From IMG/VR virus record IMGVR_UViG_3300001683_000027: 64,000 nucleotides of DNA. One strand, given 5' to 3'. Position numbers and translations under genes: made by a program. Within the stretch, counting starts at the first letter, position 1. Each line of letters begins with the position of its first letter. The DNA comes from an uncultured virus (IMG/VR IMGVR_UViG_3300001683_000027). Lineage: Duplodnaviria > Heunggongvirae > Uroviricota > Caudoviricetes. Below are positions 54,676 to 64,000 of the stretch, one piece after another. The notes under the pieces are model-generated. The model worked only from the letters and a program-made list of their open reading frames with translations, was not told the origin of the DNA and ran no database searches.

Positions 54676-55215
54676 ATGGCTGTATTATCCGTAGACACAT
54701 TTAAATCAAGACTAGTAGGTGGCGGAGCGCGTCCGAATCTGTTCGAGGTCAGGTTGACCTTTCCAACGGCGCTCGGCATTACCAACCCGGCCGAAGCGGA
54801 GAAAACTTCGCTTATGGTTAAAGGTGCTTCACTTCCTGCTTCTACCATCGCACCGATCCCTGTACCATTTAGGGGTCGTGTTTTGCAAATCGCTGGAGAT
54901 AGAACTTTCGATCCATGGACTGTCACTATTATCAATGACACGGATTTCGAAATTAGAAATGCAATGGAACAGTGGATGGATGGGATGAATTCTCATTCTA
55001 AAAACACTGGTGAAATCAATCCAGGAAACTACCAAGCAGATTTGGAAGTCGATCAACTGGATAAAAACGAAACCGCAATTAAAGGTTACAAGTTTGTCGG
55101 TTGTTTTCCATCTGCAGTTTCTGAGATTGATCTTCAGTATGACACTAATGATACCATCGAAGAGTTTACTGTGGAGTTCCAAGTGCAATACTGGACGAGT
55201 AATACTACATCTTAA
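54676..55215 (+). CDS. gp19: Tail tube protein
   Basis: GGGARPNLFEV; LPAS.I..I.VPFRGR.L.IAGDRTF.PWTVT..ND; IEEFTVEFQ.QYW. Confidence 0.97.
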   Translation: MAVLSVDTFKSRLVGGGARPNLFEVRLTFPTALGITNPAEAEKTSLMVKGASLPASTIAPIPVPFRGRVLQIAGDRTFDPWTVTIINDTDFEIRNAMEQWMDGMNSHSKNTGEINPGNYQADLEVDQLDKNETAIKGYKFVGCFPSAVSEIDLQYDTNDTIEEFTVEFQVQYWTSNTTS

Positions 55216-55227
55216 CTCGGTACTAAA

Positions 55228-55264
55228 TAAAGGGGACTTCTTTCGGGGAGTCTCCTTTTATTTT
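55228..55264 (+). terminator. Rho-independent terminator after gp19
   Basis: aaaggggacttc-tttcgg-ggagtctcctttt-atttt hairpin with U-tract. Confidence 0.8.
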
Positions 55265-55278
55265 ATTCGGAACATATT

Positions 55279-57018
55279 ATGGCAGAAGAAGCTACTGGCG
55301 GGTTGAAGTTGTTTGGCTTCGAACTCAAGCGAGTTACCAAAAAGAAAGAGAATAAGAATCTCGAATCTATTGTGCCACCAGTCGATGACGACGGCGCAGG
55401 ATATGTTACTGCATCAGGGTTACACTCAGGACAATTCCTGAATCTCGACGGCCAAGATGCCAAAGATAGTAAAGAATTAGTAAACAAATATCGCGCTGTA
55501 TCGCTCCATCCGGATGTTGATATGGCAATCGAAGAAATTGTGAACGAATCAATTTCTGCTTCAGAACTTAGGTCCTCTGTCGAACTATCATTAGATGACG
55601 TTGATACTTCAGACAATATCAAAGAAGAAATTCAAGAAGAGTTCAGCCAAATTATATCGATGTTGAAGTTCAATGAACTTGGACATGACATCTTTCGATC
55701 ATGGTACATCGACGGGCGAATAGTTCACCACCTTGTTGTGGACGACAAAAATTTAAAACTCGGCATCCAAGAAATCAGACCAATAGATGCTGCAAAGATA
55801 AAGAAAGTAAAACAAGTAAAGTATAAGAAAAATCAAGAAACTGGCGTTGAGATTGTAGATAAGGTGGATGAGTTTTATGTCTTCGAAAAGACATCACCTA
55901 AAAATCCTGCGATTGCTGGTGTTTCTCACGGTGTGCAGTTATCTGTAGACGCTGTTAGTTATGTCACGTCAGGTATGTTAGACGAGACACGAAAGAAAGT
56001 TGTTTCTCATCTCCACAAATCACTCAAATCAATCAACCAGTTAAGATGGATGGAAGATTCGCTTGTCATCTATCGTCTCGCGCGCGCACCTGAAAGAAGA
56101 ATCTTTTATGTTGACGTTGGCAACATGGCGAAAGGCAAAGCAGAAGAGTACATGAAAGGTATCATGTCTCGATATAGAAACAAACTGGTATACGACGCGT
56201 CTACTGGTGAGATGAAAGATGATCGGAAGCATATGTCTATGCTGGAAGACTTTTGGTTACCTCGACGTGAAGGTGGTAAAGGAACTGAGATCACTACACT
56301 TCCAGGTGGCGAGAATCTAGGCCAGATCGACGACATCCTATACTTCCAAAAGAAGTTATTCCGAGCACTGAACGTTCCTACTAGTAGATTAGAACAGGAA
56401 ACACCGTTCTCGTTAGGACGTTCGTCAGAAATAACACGAGAAGAACTTAAGTTTCAGAAATTCATCGATAGACTTCGTCGACGATTCAGCAATGTATTCC
56501 TAGGCGTACTTAAAAAGCAACTGATCCTTAAAGGAATCATAACAGAACAAGACTGGAATGATTGGAAAAACGATATCTTTGTTGATTTCGTGAGAGACAA
56601 TCAGTTCGCTGAACTGAAAGAACTTGAGATTTTCAGAGAAAGAATCGCAGCACTCAACGAGATTGCACCATACGTCGGAGAGTATTACACTAAAGAATGG
56701 GTCATGAAGAATATTCTTAGAATGTCCGACGATGAATACGACGAAATGGACAAGGACTTAGAGACAGAACCACCTCCAATGGGAATGGAAGAGGAAGAAC
56801 CTGCACCGAAAGCAGAACCCAAATCTAAACCTGCACCGAAAGCAGAGCCCAAACCACCTAGTAAGAGTGGCGCTGGTTCCGATGCTGACAAACCTATACC
56901 AGATAAACTCGCGCCAGAACTAGCATCTAAACTCGAAGTAGAACGATACATTCCTAACGGTGAAGAAGAACTCATTGAATCTATGATTGGATTCGTGAAT
57001 AAAATGAATGAGGAATAA
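55279..57018 (+). CDS. gp20: Portal protein with Pro/Lys/Glu-rich C-terminal extension
   Basis: WYIDGR; NQLR.MEDSLVIYRLARAPERRIFY.DVGN; EDFWLPRREGG.GTEI.TLPGG; EITR.E.KF.KFI.RLR. Confidence 0.97.
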   Translation: MAEEATGGLKLFGFELKRVTKKKENKNLESIVPPVDDDGAGYVTASGLHSGQFLNLDGQDAKDSKELVNKYRAVSLHPDVDMAIEEIVNESISASELRSSVELSLDDVDTSDNIKEEIQEEFSQIISMLKFNELGHDIFRSWYIDGRIVHHLVVDDKNLKLGIQEIRPIDAAKIKKVKQVKYKKNQETGVEIVDKVDEFYVFEKTSPKNPAIAGVSHGVQLSVDAVSYVTSGMLDETRKKVVSHLHKSLKSINQLRWMEDSLVIYRLARAPERRIFYVDVGNMAKGKAEEYMKGIMSRYRNKLVYDASTGEMKDDRKHMSMLEDFWLPRREGGKGTEITTLPGGENLGQIDDILYFQKKLFRALNVPTSRLEQETPFSLGRSSEITREELKFQKFIDRLRRRFSNVFLGVLKKQLILKGIITEQDWNDWKNDIFVDFVRDNQFAELKELEIFRERIAALNEIAPYVGEYYTKEWVMKNILRMSDDEYDEMDKDLETEPPPMGMEEEEPAPKAEPKSKPAPKAEPKPPSKSGAGSDADKPIPDKLAPELASKLEVERYIPNGEEELIESMIGFVNKMNEE

Positions 57019-57020
57019 GG

Positions 57021-58130
57021 GTGACACAACTTTCGCCTATCACCACTACTGCGTTTTCGTTAGCGTACACGAAAAAAGAATTCGACAGACTTTCTAAAAC
57101 CTTAGAGCAAACTGTGTTGACTCCTGGACCGCAAGGTGAACAGGGACTTCGTGGTTACAAAGGCGATAAGGGTGTGAAGGGCGACCGTGGTCAGACTGGT
57201 TCGACTGGAATTCAGGGAGAAAAAGGTGATGCGGGTACAGACGGTAATGATGGTGAACAAGGTGTTACCGGCGAAGTCGGTGCACAAGGAGAATCGGGAC
57301 AACAAGGACCACAGGGAGAAAGTGGTCCGCAGGGGAAGAAAGGTGAAGCGGGAGAACAAGGAACAGTTGGTCCCGAAGGCACTATAGGTGCGCGCGGCGG
57401 GCGCGGTGAGAAAGGCGATGAGGGCGTTCCTGGAGTCGCAGGAGCAGCTGGTGCTATTGGACCATATGGAGATAAGGGTGACCAAGGAATTCCTGGTACG
57501 GCGGGATCCAGAGGCACCAAGGGTACGTCTGGTACTAAAGGTGGCAAAGGTGATGTCGGCGAGAAGGGTGATCGAGGCGATACTGGTTCACCCGGCGAGA
57601 AAGGCGATATCGGCGATCAAGGTACGCCAGCGCCAGACTACAGAAAAGAATTTGAGCAACTCGTAAAGGATTTCAATGTTCGAGTTGGAGAGAATCAAGA
57701 GTTAATAAATAAGAACGTGGATCAGCAGATTCGTAGATTGTCGAGTTTTGCCGGAGGTGGTGGTTCATATAAGATACTAGACAATGCAGATGTTGATAAA
57801 ACACGTTTGTCTAGTGTAATCGGTGATAGCATTTTGGTGTTTGATCCTAATAAAAAGAAGTTTGTTGTTCAATCATTCTTAACAATATTAGACAGACTAA
57901 AGGCAGACTTAGAAGTGCAATACGATAAATTAATAGACGAAGTGTCCGAATCTGGATTTACTTATGTTGGTGAAGCAGTTCCAGGCACAGACAAGTCTGC
58001 GACTACTTGGAGAATCAAACGAATAAAAGAATTTGCAGACGGCGATCTCGATATCCTTTGGGCTAACGGCACCGCCTCTTTCGATAAAACTTGGAATGAT
58101 CGTGCAACATATACATACAGTGCAGATTAA
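57021..58130 (+). CDS. Collagen-like (Gly-X-Y) virion protein
   Basis: Roughly 55 Gly-X-Y triplets, a coiled coil, and a C-terminal YVGEA.PG......WRIKRI...W..R..YTY domain. Confidence 0.9.
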   Translation: MTQLSPITTTAFSLAYTKKEFDRLSKTLEQTVLTPGPQGEQGLRGYKGDKGVKGDRGQTGSTGIQGEKGDAGTDGNDGEQGVTGEVGAQGESGQQGPQGESGPQGKKGEAGEQGTVGPEGTIGARGGRGEKGDEGVPGVAGAAGAIGPYGDKGDQGIPGTAGSRGTKGTSGTKGGKGDVGEKGDRGDTGSPGEKGDIGDQGTPAPDYRKEFEQLVKDFNVRVGENQELINKNVDQQIRRLSSFAGGGGSYKILDNADVDKTRLSSVIGDSILVFDPNKKKFVVQSFLTILDRLKADLEVQYDKLIDEVSESGFTYVGEAVPGTDKSATTWRIKRIKEFADGDLDILWANGTASFDKTWNDRATYTYSAD

Positions 58131-58206
58131 TTCTTATAAATAAACGTAATACAAACTTAACTTTTTGTCATGCTAATTTGATCAACTTAATAGAGGAATA
58201 TATTCC

Positions 58207-60225
58207 ATGGCAACTATCGTCTCAGCAGCATTAATTAATGCTACAACTGAAACTGAGGTTAACATCGATGCGTCAACCAGAGACATCACACTAAATTTAG
58301 CGGGAAATCTGTCGGCAACTGGTGTTACACTTCAGGCTCTGTACTCATATTTAAAGAAAGCGTGGCGAGTCCAAGACTTCACCATCACAGGTGGTTCTAG
58401 TACCGGTACTACAGTCACAGTCACTAATGTCACTAACGTGTTGCCAGGAATGGCAGTTGCAGTTACTGCTGGTACTGGTACTATTACCGCTGCTGCCACT
58501 GTCGTGTCTATTGATAGTGCGACAACGTTTACTTTGAGTGAAACACCTTCTCTTGCACTATCTGGTGCAACCGTACAATTTGTTAACCACTTGATCGAAT
58601 ATCCATTCCCTCTGGTAGCAATTACTCCAGAACAGTTTGAATTTTCGTTTGATTGGTCTCCAGTTGATGATACTTCACGTAAGTTGATTCGTACTTCTGG
58701 TTGGAAAGAAATTAATACTGCTGGCACAATTCAAAAAGAATTTGTTGGTATTATCTCACTTGGTACCATCGACGGTGCTCAAGATGGTGCTGGTGGTGGT
58801 GATCAAGACGTACCTTACTTTGCATTTAGAGCGTCCGGTACAATTCCTTACGGTACTACGGCAGCGTTTACGTATGCTGGTGAAATCAACGAAGCAATTC
58901 AGACCTTCCAAATCGCCGGAACAGATAATAGACTTGCAGAACTTGCGCTCTTCGTTCGAGAAGAAGGTAAGACTTTCGGTAAGGCAGATACAGTCTCTAT
59001 CGGTATTTCATCTGGTAGTGCAATTGGCGCACAGGCCTTCCGATTCCCGCTTGCAGAAGCGAATGATCTTAACTACACTGTTACAGATGCCATCATCGCG
59101 GCCGCCGACGCTAGTGGACAGTTTTACGATTTAACCGTAGGACAAGGTCCAACAATTGAGTACTTCGCAACCAATCAGTTGTCTACAACGTTCTTGGCAG
59201 CGAATAGTAAACCTGATTTAACAACACCTCGAAACTTTGGTGTGCTTATCGACGCTACTGCTGGTGATGCTACTACTACTAACGCGTCTGGATTCTTAAC
59301 GCTTCAGGAATTATATTCTTGGACGAAATATCGTTTGCGTCAAACAACTACTATTGACGATGAAGGTGGCGTTGATGCTGCTGTTCAGATTGGTAATACT
59401 TCGGATGAACTATTAACGTTCGTTGGTTCTGAATTACAAACGTTGTTAGTGCAAAACGCTGACGGTGCAACAACGCCATCTGGTGTTGCAATTGAAAACT
59501 TCGCGTCAACTGATATTGGTAACTTAGCATTTAAATATAACGGTGCGGGCCCTGTTGATTTACAGAGATTCCCACTAGTTGCTTCAGGATCAATCAGTTT
59601 TAACTCAAACCTTTCTGAAGATCCTACTGCTACTTACACCATGTATTATCAGTATACTCGTCAGTACAATGTTTCAAATATTATTTGGACACAAGTTTCT
59701 GGTTCAACCGGAACATTGACTAGAACCGTAGGCGATCTTTTACCTATAACAACCACTGGTGATTACATCGATGTAAGTGGATTTACAGATGTTAACCTAA
59801 ATGGTGTGTATTTGATTACTGCCGCGACAAGTACTAGTACTATTAATGTAACTCGTATTGATGACTTAACATTACCTGCTTCTGAAACACAAACCACTGG
59901 TGCTTTAAACTTTAGGTTCAATCCAGTTGATTCACCTGCTGCAATTATCGTACTCAAAGCGGATCAGACAACTCAGATTCGAGATAGTGTACCTCAAGTC
60001 ACAGGTGGTAGTTCTGTAACATTCGATTATGGATATACAAACGATTTAACGCCTGGTTCGGCAAACGTTGTGGAAAATCGTACAACAAACACCGATGTAC
60101 CTATCACAATTCGTGCTTCTGGAACTACTAAAGCACAATGGGTTAACACTTTAGGTACAATTGAAACAGGAAACGCAAACAACCTCTCGGTTGTAGCACC
60201 TCTTGAAAGAAACTATGCCGCGTAA
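58207..60225 (+). CDS. Virion structural protein (unknown)
   Basis: Late promoter 58135-58142; SD GAGG; GVTLQALYSYLK..W; ERNY C-terminus; Thr/Gly-rich. Confidence 0.7.
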   Translation: MATIVSAALINATTETEVNIDASTRDITLNLAGNLSATGVTLQALYSYLKKAWRVQDFTITGGSSTGTTVTVTNVTNVLPGMAVAVTAGTGTITAAATVVSIDSATTFTLSETPSLALSGATVQFVNHLIEYPFPLVAITPEQFEFSFDWSPVDDTSRKLIRTSGWKEINTAGTIQKEFVGIISLGTIDGAQDGAGGGDQDVPYFAFRASGTIPYGTTAAFTYAGEINEAIQTFQIAGTDNRLAELALFVREEGKTFGKADTVSIGISSGSAIGAQAFRFPLAEANDLNYTVTDAIIAAADASGQFYDLTVGQGPTIEYFATNQLSTTFLAANSKPDLTTPRNFGVLIDATAGDATTTNASGFLTLQELYSWTKYRLRQTTTIDDEGGVDAAVQIGNTSDELLTFVGSELQTLLVQNADGATTPSGVAIENFASTDIGNLAFKYNGAGPVDLQRFPLVASGSISFNSNLSEDPTATYTMYYQYTRQYNVSNIIWTQVSGSTGTLTRTVGDLLPITTTGDYIDVSGFTDVNLNGVYLITAATSTSTINVTRIDDLTLPASETQTTGALNFRFNPVDSPAAIIVLKADQTTQIRDSVPQVTGGSSVTFDYGYTNDLTPGSANVVENRTTNTDVPITIRASGTTKAQWVNTLGTIETGNANNLSVVAPLERNYAA

Positions 60226-60241
60226 TAGATAGTATGTGAAC

Positions 60242-60271
60242 GGGGGAGTTTTCTCCCCCACTTTTTTATTT
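60242..60271 (+). terminator. Rho-independent terminator
   Basis: gggggag-tttt-ctccccc-acttttttattt. Confidence 0.85.
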
Positions 60272-60283
60272 AAAGGATTGATT

Positions 60284-60574
60284 ATGAAAATTAGTATTGA
60301 ACAAGCCGCAGAAATTATGTCAATGGAACCAGACGAACTTCTTATGGAAGTCCAATCTGTCGATACTGTAACAGCACACTTCGTTGCTCCTTCCGATATG
60401 TTATACAATGATGATGGCACTGTTCAGTTTGTGGACGGTGATCCGAATCCCACATGGGAATTTGATATGACAGAGATTCTTGATCATAAAAAAGTATTGG
60501 ATGAGAAACGTCAAGCAGAAGGTGCCGAGAAATTGTCACAAGCAGTTAGAACTGCATTGGATTTAGAAGGATAA
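60284..60574 (+). CDS. Small acidic hypothetical protein
   Basis: SD AAGGA before ATG 60284; MKISIEQAAEIMSM... Confidence 0.65.
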   Translation: MKISIEQAAEIMSMEPDELLMEVQSVDTVTAHFVAPSDMLYNDDGTVQFVDGDPNPTWEFDMTEILDHKKVLDEKRQAEGAEKLSQAVRTALDLEG

Positions 60575-60699
60575 ATGAGCGTAAAATTTCTCTATTACAC
60601 TGAGTACACTTCGACGGGCGGTGCATTATCTACTGCTACGCTGGTTCCGTATTTGGATCAGATGTGTGTTATGTCTGATAGATGGCATGGAGTCAGATC

Positions 60700-63039
60700 A
60701 TGGCTATAACACTAGATGCTACCACTGATGGTAATTTTACCGTATTGAATAACGCAAACTCAAACGCATCTGTGAACAATTTCACTGCTGCCGGTGCTTG
60801 GAATGATGTAAAGCGAGACACTACCTCGAAAGTTGAAGGTAATTCGTGCGTTAACTTAAGGGTAAATGCGGGTACAGGGACTCTGGTCTCATCACATTCT
60901 TCTCGAAGTTTAGAGAACACGCATTTAAGAATGTGGGTAAGAATCGGGCAAGCACTAAGCATCAACACTGGAGCAAACGGTGGAGCGCAACTTATTGCGG
61001 GAACGTCCCAGAACCATGTCCGTTGGAATGTCTATGACTTGAACACACAGGTTGTTGTCTATAACGGATGGATGATGCTGGTCACTGACCCTCGTAAAGT
61101 TTATGCTGGATCAAGTGGTTCTATTCCGAACCTTCTTTCCTTAACAAGTTCAGGCGTAAGAGTAAACTTTCTAGATGGTAACGGTAAAGATTTGGCAATT
61201 GGAGATCTTTTGTGGGTAGGTAATGAACTCTCAGTTGAAGGAGGAACTACCGGAGCAAGAGGTACTTTTGCTGAATGGAGTGCAGAAGATCGTACTCAGG
61301 GATGGGGCATTCTGCGTAGCGTAGGTGGTGTGTATTACACAAATGCTGGATCAGTTTTTCAAGGTGTTGGTACAACAGATAGTTATTTTCAAGACACAAA
61401 CCAGTTAATAGTATTTGAAAATTTACCAGTATCAGGTTCTCTCTACAACTGGAGACATGTTGGTAATGGAACGGGAACTAACTTTTTTCAACTGGGTAAT
61501 TCATCTGGAACAGGAACAACTAAAACAGGATCTGAAGGTGGTGTATTGCGAGCAGCCGGGAATGCTCCATTTAGAATAACAGCAATCGATGCTAATGCTT
61601 CTGCTGCATACTATGGCGTTCAAATGAACGGTACAACTGCGTTGTACAACGACCAAGTGCGTAATGTTAAAAGGAATGACGGAGGGTCTTTTATAGACGA
61701 TACAGTTGACTTTAATCAAGCGACTGGCACAGTATCTCCATTCCCAACGCCAGGACTCAACGATGCTTGGTATGTGGGGCACGATGAGATATTCTATGAA
61801 ATAAACTTAAACGTAACCACAGCAAACACTAGTGGAACATACACCACAGTGTTTGAGTATTGGGACGGCAGTGCGTGGTCTGCATTAACAGATGTTACAG
61901 ACGGAACAAACAGTCTAAGAACAACTGGAACAAATGCTATAACATACTCAAAACCCGATGATTGGGCAAAGACCACAGTAAATAGCGACAGCAGGTATTG
62001 GGTACGTTCAAGAATCTCTGTAGTTGGCACAGCAGGAACAGATCCTATAATCACGCAGGGCACTGTGGCTATGGCGGGTGATATAAACTTAGAAACATCA
62101 ACTGCCGAAATGATCAGTTGTAACATTTCTAAGATGGGTTGTATCAAAATTAGAAACGGTGCTTTCTTAACGAAATCGACTATTGATGGATCAGTTGTAC
62201 CCGCAAAACATGCGGCAGTAGATTTTGGAGATACTAATCCTGCTACTAATACTGTAAGAGATTTAACCATTCAGAATTGTAATAAAGGAATATTGCTTAA
62301 AGGCACTAGTACTGGAGCAACTTCTTACACTCTTACGAACATATTTTTTAATAATAACACTGCGGATGTTAGAGTCGATTTTCCTGCGGGGGCTACGATT
62401 ACAATAAACATCAGTGGAGGTGATACACCTTCTATTGATAATGTTAATGGTAGTACTGTTACTATTGCTAATCCTGTTACTGTAACAATCTCTGGTCTTC
62501 TAGGCAATACAGAAATTTCAGTACTAGAAAACCCATCACCATATTCGTCTGCGGCCGCAGCGCCAGTTTCATTGTTTAATCAAGACGTTCTTTCAGCAGT
62601 CACAGGTACAGACATCGAGTTAGACACTGGTGGCACTGCAAACATAACACGAATACTTAGCACAGGCACATCAAGTTTCGCGGCGATGGGTTTGACGGCC
62701 GGAGATAAAGTTCGAGTATCACAAAGAAGCGATCTTAAACTCTTCGATACGTATACATATACCGGCGGAAGTACAGTCTCAGCAATCAACGTTACTGCCG
62801 TTGCATCTTCGACTAGTAAATTACCTGCTATAATAGACTCTCCGGGCGAAACAGTCACGGTAGAGAAAGTAAATGCTTCATATTCTTTTCAGGTTGCATC
62901 GGGTGAAGTAGTAGACTTCTTGGCATTCAGAGAGGGTAGTTTGCCCGTTTACCAATTGACTCAAACAATCTTAGTATCAAACAATTCGTTTCCGTTGTCA
63001 CAAACACTCGACAGAAACTTTGATGCGTTTGAAGTATAA
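60700..63039 (+). CDS. Large beta-rich virion structural protein
   Basis: SD GGAG before ATG 60700; EYWDGSAWSAL..VTDGT module; parallel beta-helix-like segment; DRNF C-terminus. Confidence 0.7.
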   Translation: MAITLDATTDGNFTVLNNANSNASVNNFTAAGAWNDVKRDTTSKVEGNSCVNLRVNAGTGTLVSSHSSRSLENTHLRMWVRIGQALSINTGANGGAQLIAGTSQNHVRWNVYDLNTQVVVYNGWMMLVTDPRKVYAGSSGSIPNLLSLTSSGVRVNFLDGNGKDLAIGDLLWVGNELSVEGGTTGARGTFAEWSAEDRTQGWGILRSVGGVYYTNAGSVFQGVGTTDSYFQDTNQLIVFENLPVSGSLYNWRHVGNGTGTNFFQLGNSSGTGTTKTGSEGGVLRAAGNAPFRITAIDANASAAYYGVQMNGTTALYNDQVRNVKRNDGGSFIDDTVDFNQATGTVSPFPTPGLNDAWYVGHDEIFYEINLNVTTANTSGTYTTVFEYWDGSAWSALTDVTDGTNSLRTTGTNAITYSKPDDWAKTTVNSDSRYWVRSRISVVGTAGTDPIITQGTVAMAGDINLETSTAEMISCNISKMGCIKIRNGAFLTKSTIDGSVVPAKHAAVDFGDTNPATNTVRDLTIQNCNKGILLKGTSTGATSYTLTNIFFNNNTADVRVDFPAGATITINISGGDTPSIDNVNGSTVTIANPVTVTISGLLGNTEISVLENPSPYSSAAAAPVSLFNQDVLSAVTGTDIELDTGGTANITRILSTGTSSFAAMGLTAGDKVRVSQRSDLKLFDTYTYTGGSTVSAINVTAVASSTSKLPAIIDSPGETVTVEKVNASYSFQVASGEVVDFLAFREGSLPVYQLTQTILVSNNSFPLSQTLDRNFDAFEV

Positions 63040-63103
63040 TTCGGCATGATAAATACTATAAATAGATATAAATTAACTCAAGTTTTGTCGGAGATTTTAT
63101 AAA

Positions 63104-64000
63104 ATGGCAGCATATATGCCTCATGATTTTATACAAATGCCCCCTAATAGCACAGGGCAGAAAATTCATATTGCGAAAAGGGTTGTACTTCATTTTGATA
63201 CTATTCAAACTGGCCAATCGTTCTCCGTAGGAGATAGCATATTAGGTGGCACTAGCGGTGCCACCGGAACAGTTACTGGTATTGAAACTGCTGGATATAC
63301 CGCAGGAATAGGATTGTTGTGGATAAATGCCAGTACAGGTACTTGGTTAGATGATGAAGAGATTCGGGTATCTTCGGTTTGGATTGCCAGCGTTAATTTA
63401 AACACGGATACTGAAGGTGGACCTGCAAATACTTTGGGTATTCAACATGTGAGTACTGTTGATAAAGAAAATCCTGCTAGGTCTCTACACATTACTGCTG
63501 AAGGCGCATCTCGCGTTGTTTTGCCTGCGGTGACTGTTGCGGAATCCGGAGCATTACTCACCCAGGATACTAGTGCATTATATACTCAAACATATGATTA
63601 TAATTACTCTGACCCTGATCTTTTCGATAATGAAATTCACCTAAAATATACAAATCCATTAAATTCAGCGGAATCTTGGGCGGCAGGAACGCATGTTAGT
63701 GGGGGAACTTCTGAAGCATCCGGTCATGTTAAATCGATTGATGCAGTTAATGATATCCTTACATTAACAGACGTTGTAGGAACATTTGTTGTTGGCGAAA
63801 CAATACACCATATACACTCTGGAGTTTCAACAATCGAAACTATGGATATTGCTGCCGGTGGAGTTCCCGATGTGACCGTCAATACTAGTACAAAAAGCAT
63901 TGATTTGTCAACTGGTGGAACTGTAGCCGGTGTTGGTGCAACTAGAACAACTAACACCTATTTTCCTTTAGGTAGAGGACGTTCTACCGAAGCAGTATTT
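63104..64000 (+). CDS. Virion structural protein, runs off the window
   Basis: Late promoter 63057-63064; SD GGAG; MAAYMPHDFIQMPPNSTGQK...; open to the window end. Confidence 0.75.
   Translation, partial: MAAYMPHDFIQMPPNSTGQKIHIAKRVVLHFDTIQTGQSFSVGDSILGGTSGATGTVTGIETAGYTAGIGLLWINASTGTWLDDEEIRVSSVWIASVNLNTDTEGGPANTLGIQHVSTVDKENPARSLHITAEGASRVVLPAVTVAESGALLTQDTSALYTQTYDYNYSDPDLFDNEIHLKYTNPLNSAESWAAGTHVSGGTSEASGHVKSIDAVNDILTLTDVVGTFVVGETIHHIHSGVSTIETMDIAAGGVPDVTVNTSTKSIDLSTGGTVAGVGATRTTNTYFPLGRGRSTEAVF

Noticed and set aside
51162..57018. Introns or inteins in terminase, sheath or portal
   Set aside because: ORFs are continuous and of ordinary length, with no intein or endonuclease motifs.
60575..60709. 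44-aa ORF MSVKFLYYTEY...
   Set aside because: Short, overlaps the next start and has no recognisable motif; cannot be supported as a gene.
11283..63957. Numerous minus-strand ORFs overlapping structural genes
   Set aside because: Shadow frames of Thr/Gly/Ser-rich genes; no SD, promoters or recognisable motifs.
1..64000. Stop-codon reassignment; tRNA/rRNA genes
   Set aside because: Core genes are intact in the standard code and use TAA, TAG and TGA as stops; no cloverleaf or rRNA-like segment recognised by eye.

Overview
This window is the virion-morphogenesis region of a large T4-like myovirus, probably aquatic. IHF boxes and an iscU fragment suggest a proteobacterial host. The minus-strand block carries a tape-measure-like gene, gp51, gp26, gp54, gp2, an HNH homing endonuclease and gp4. 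A ~4.7 kb plus-strand accessory island is inserted into that block. The plus strand then carries gp48, gp53, hub, gp5, gp25, gp6, gp7, gp8, a VrlC-like protein, several very repetitive fibre and LamG genes, gp13-gp20, and an extra collagen/structural island after the portal. T4 late promoters (TATAAATA) punctuate the region. Gene calls come from motif recognition and synteny, not database searches. The main unexplained signals are: (1) a D-S-[A/D/S] tripeptide enriched in surface-exposed virion proteins but nearly absent from internal and apparently imported proteins, a candidate virion-wide modification (e.g. O-glycosylation) sequon; (2) a lambda G/GT-style -1 slippery site fusing gp26 to gp51 just upstream of the tape measure; (3) a structured leader plus an antisense late promoter over the HNH start; (4) an esterase next to a protein with a T4 capsid-targeting sequence; (5) an apparent AUU start for gp15; (6) matching micro-deletions, one frameshifting, in the 2160-aa fibre gene.
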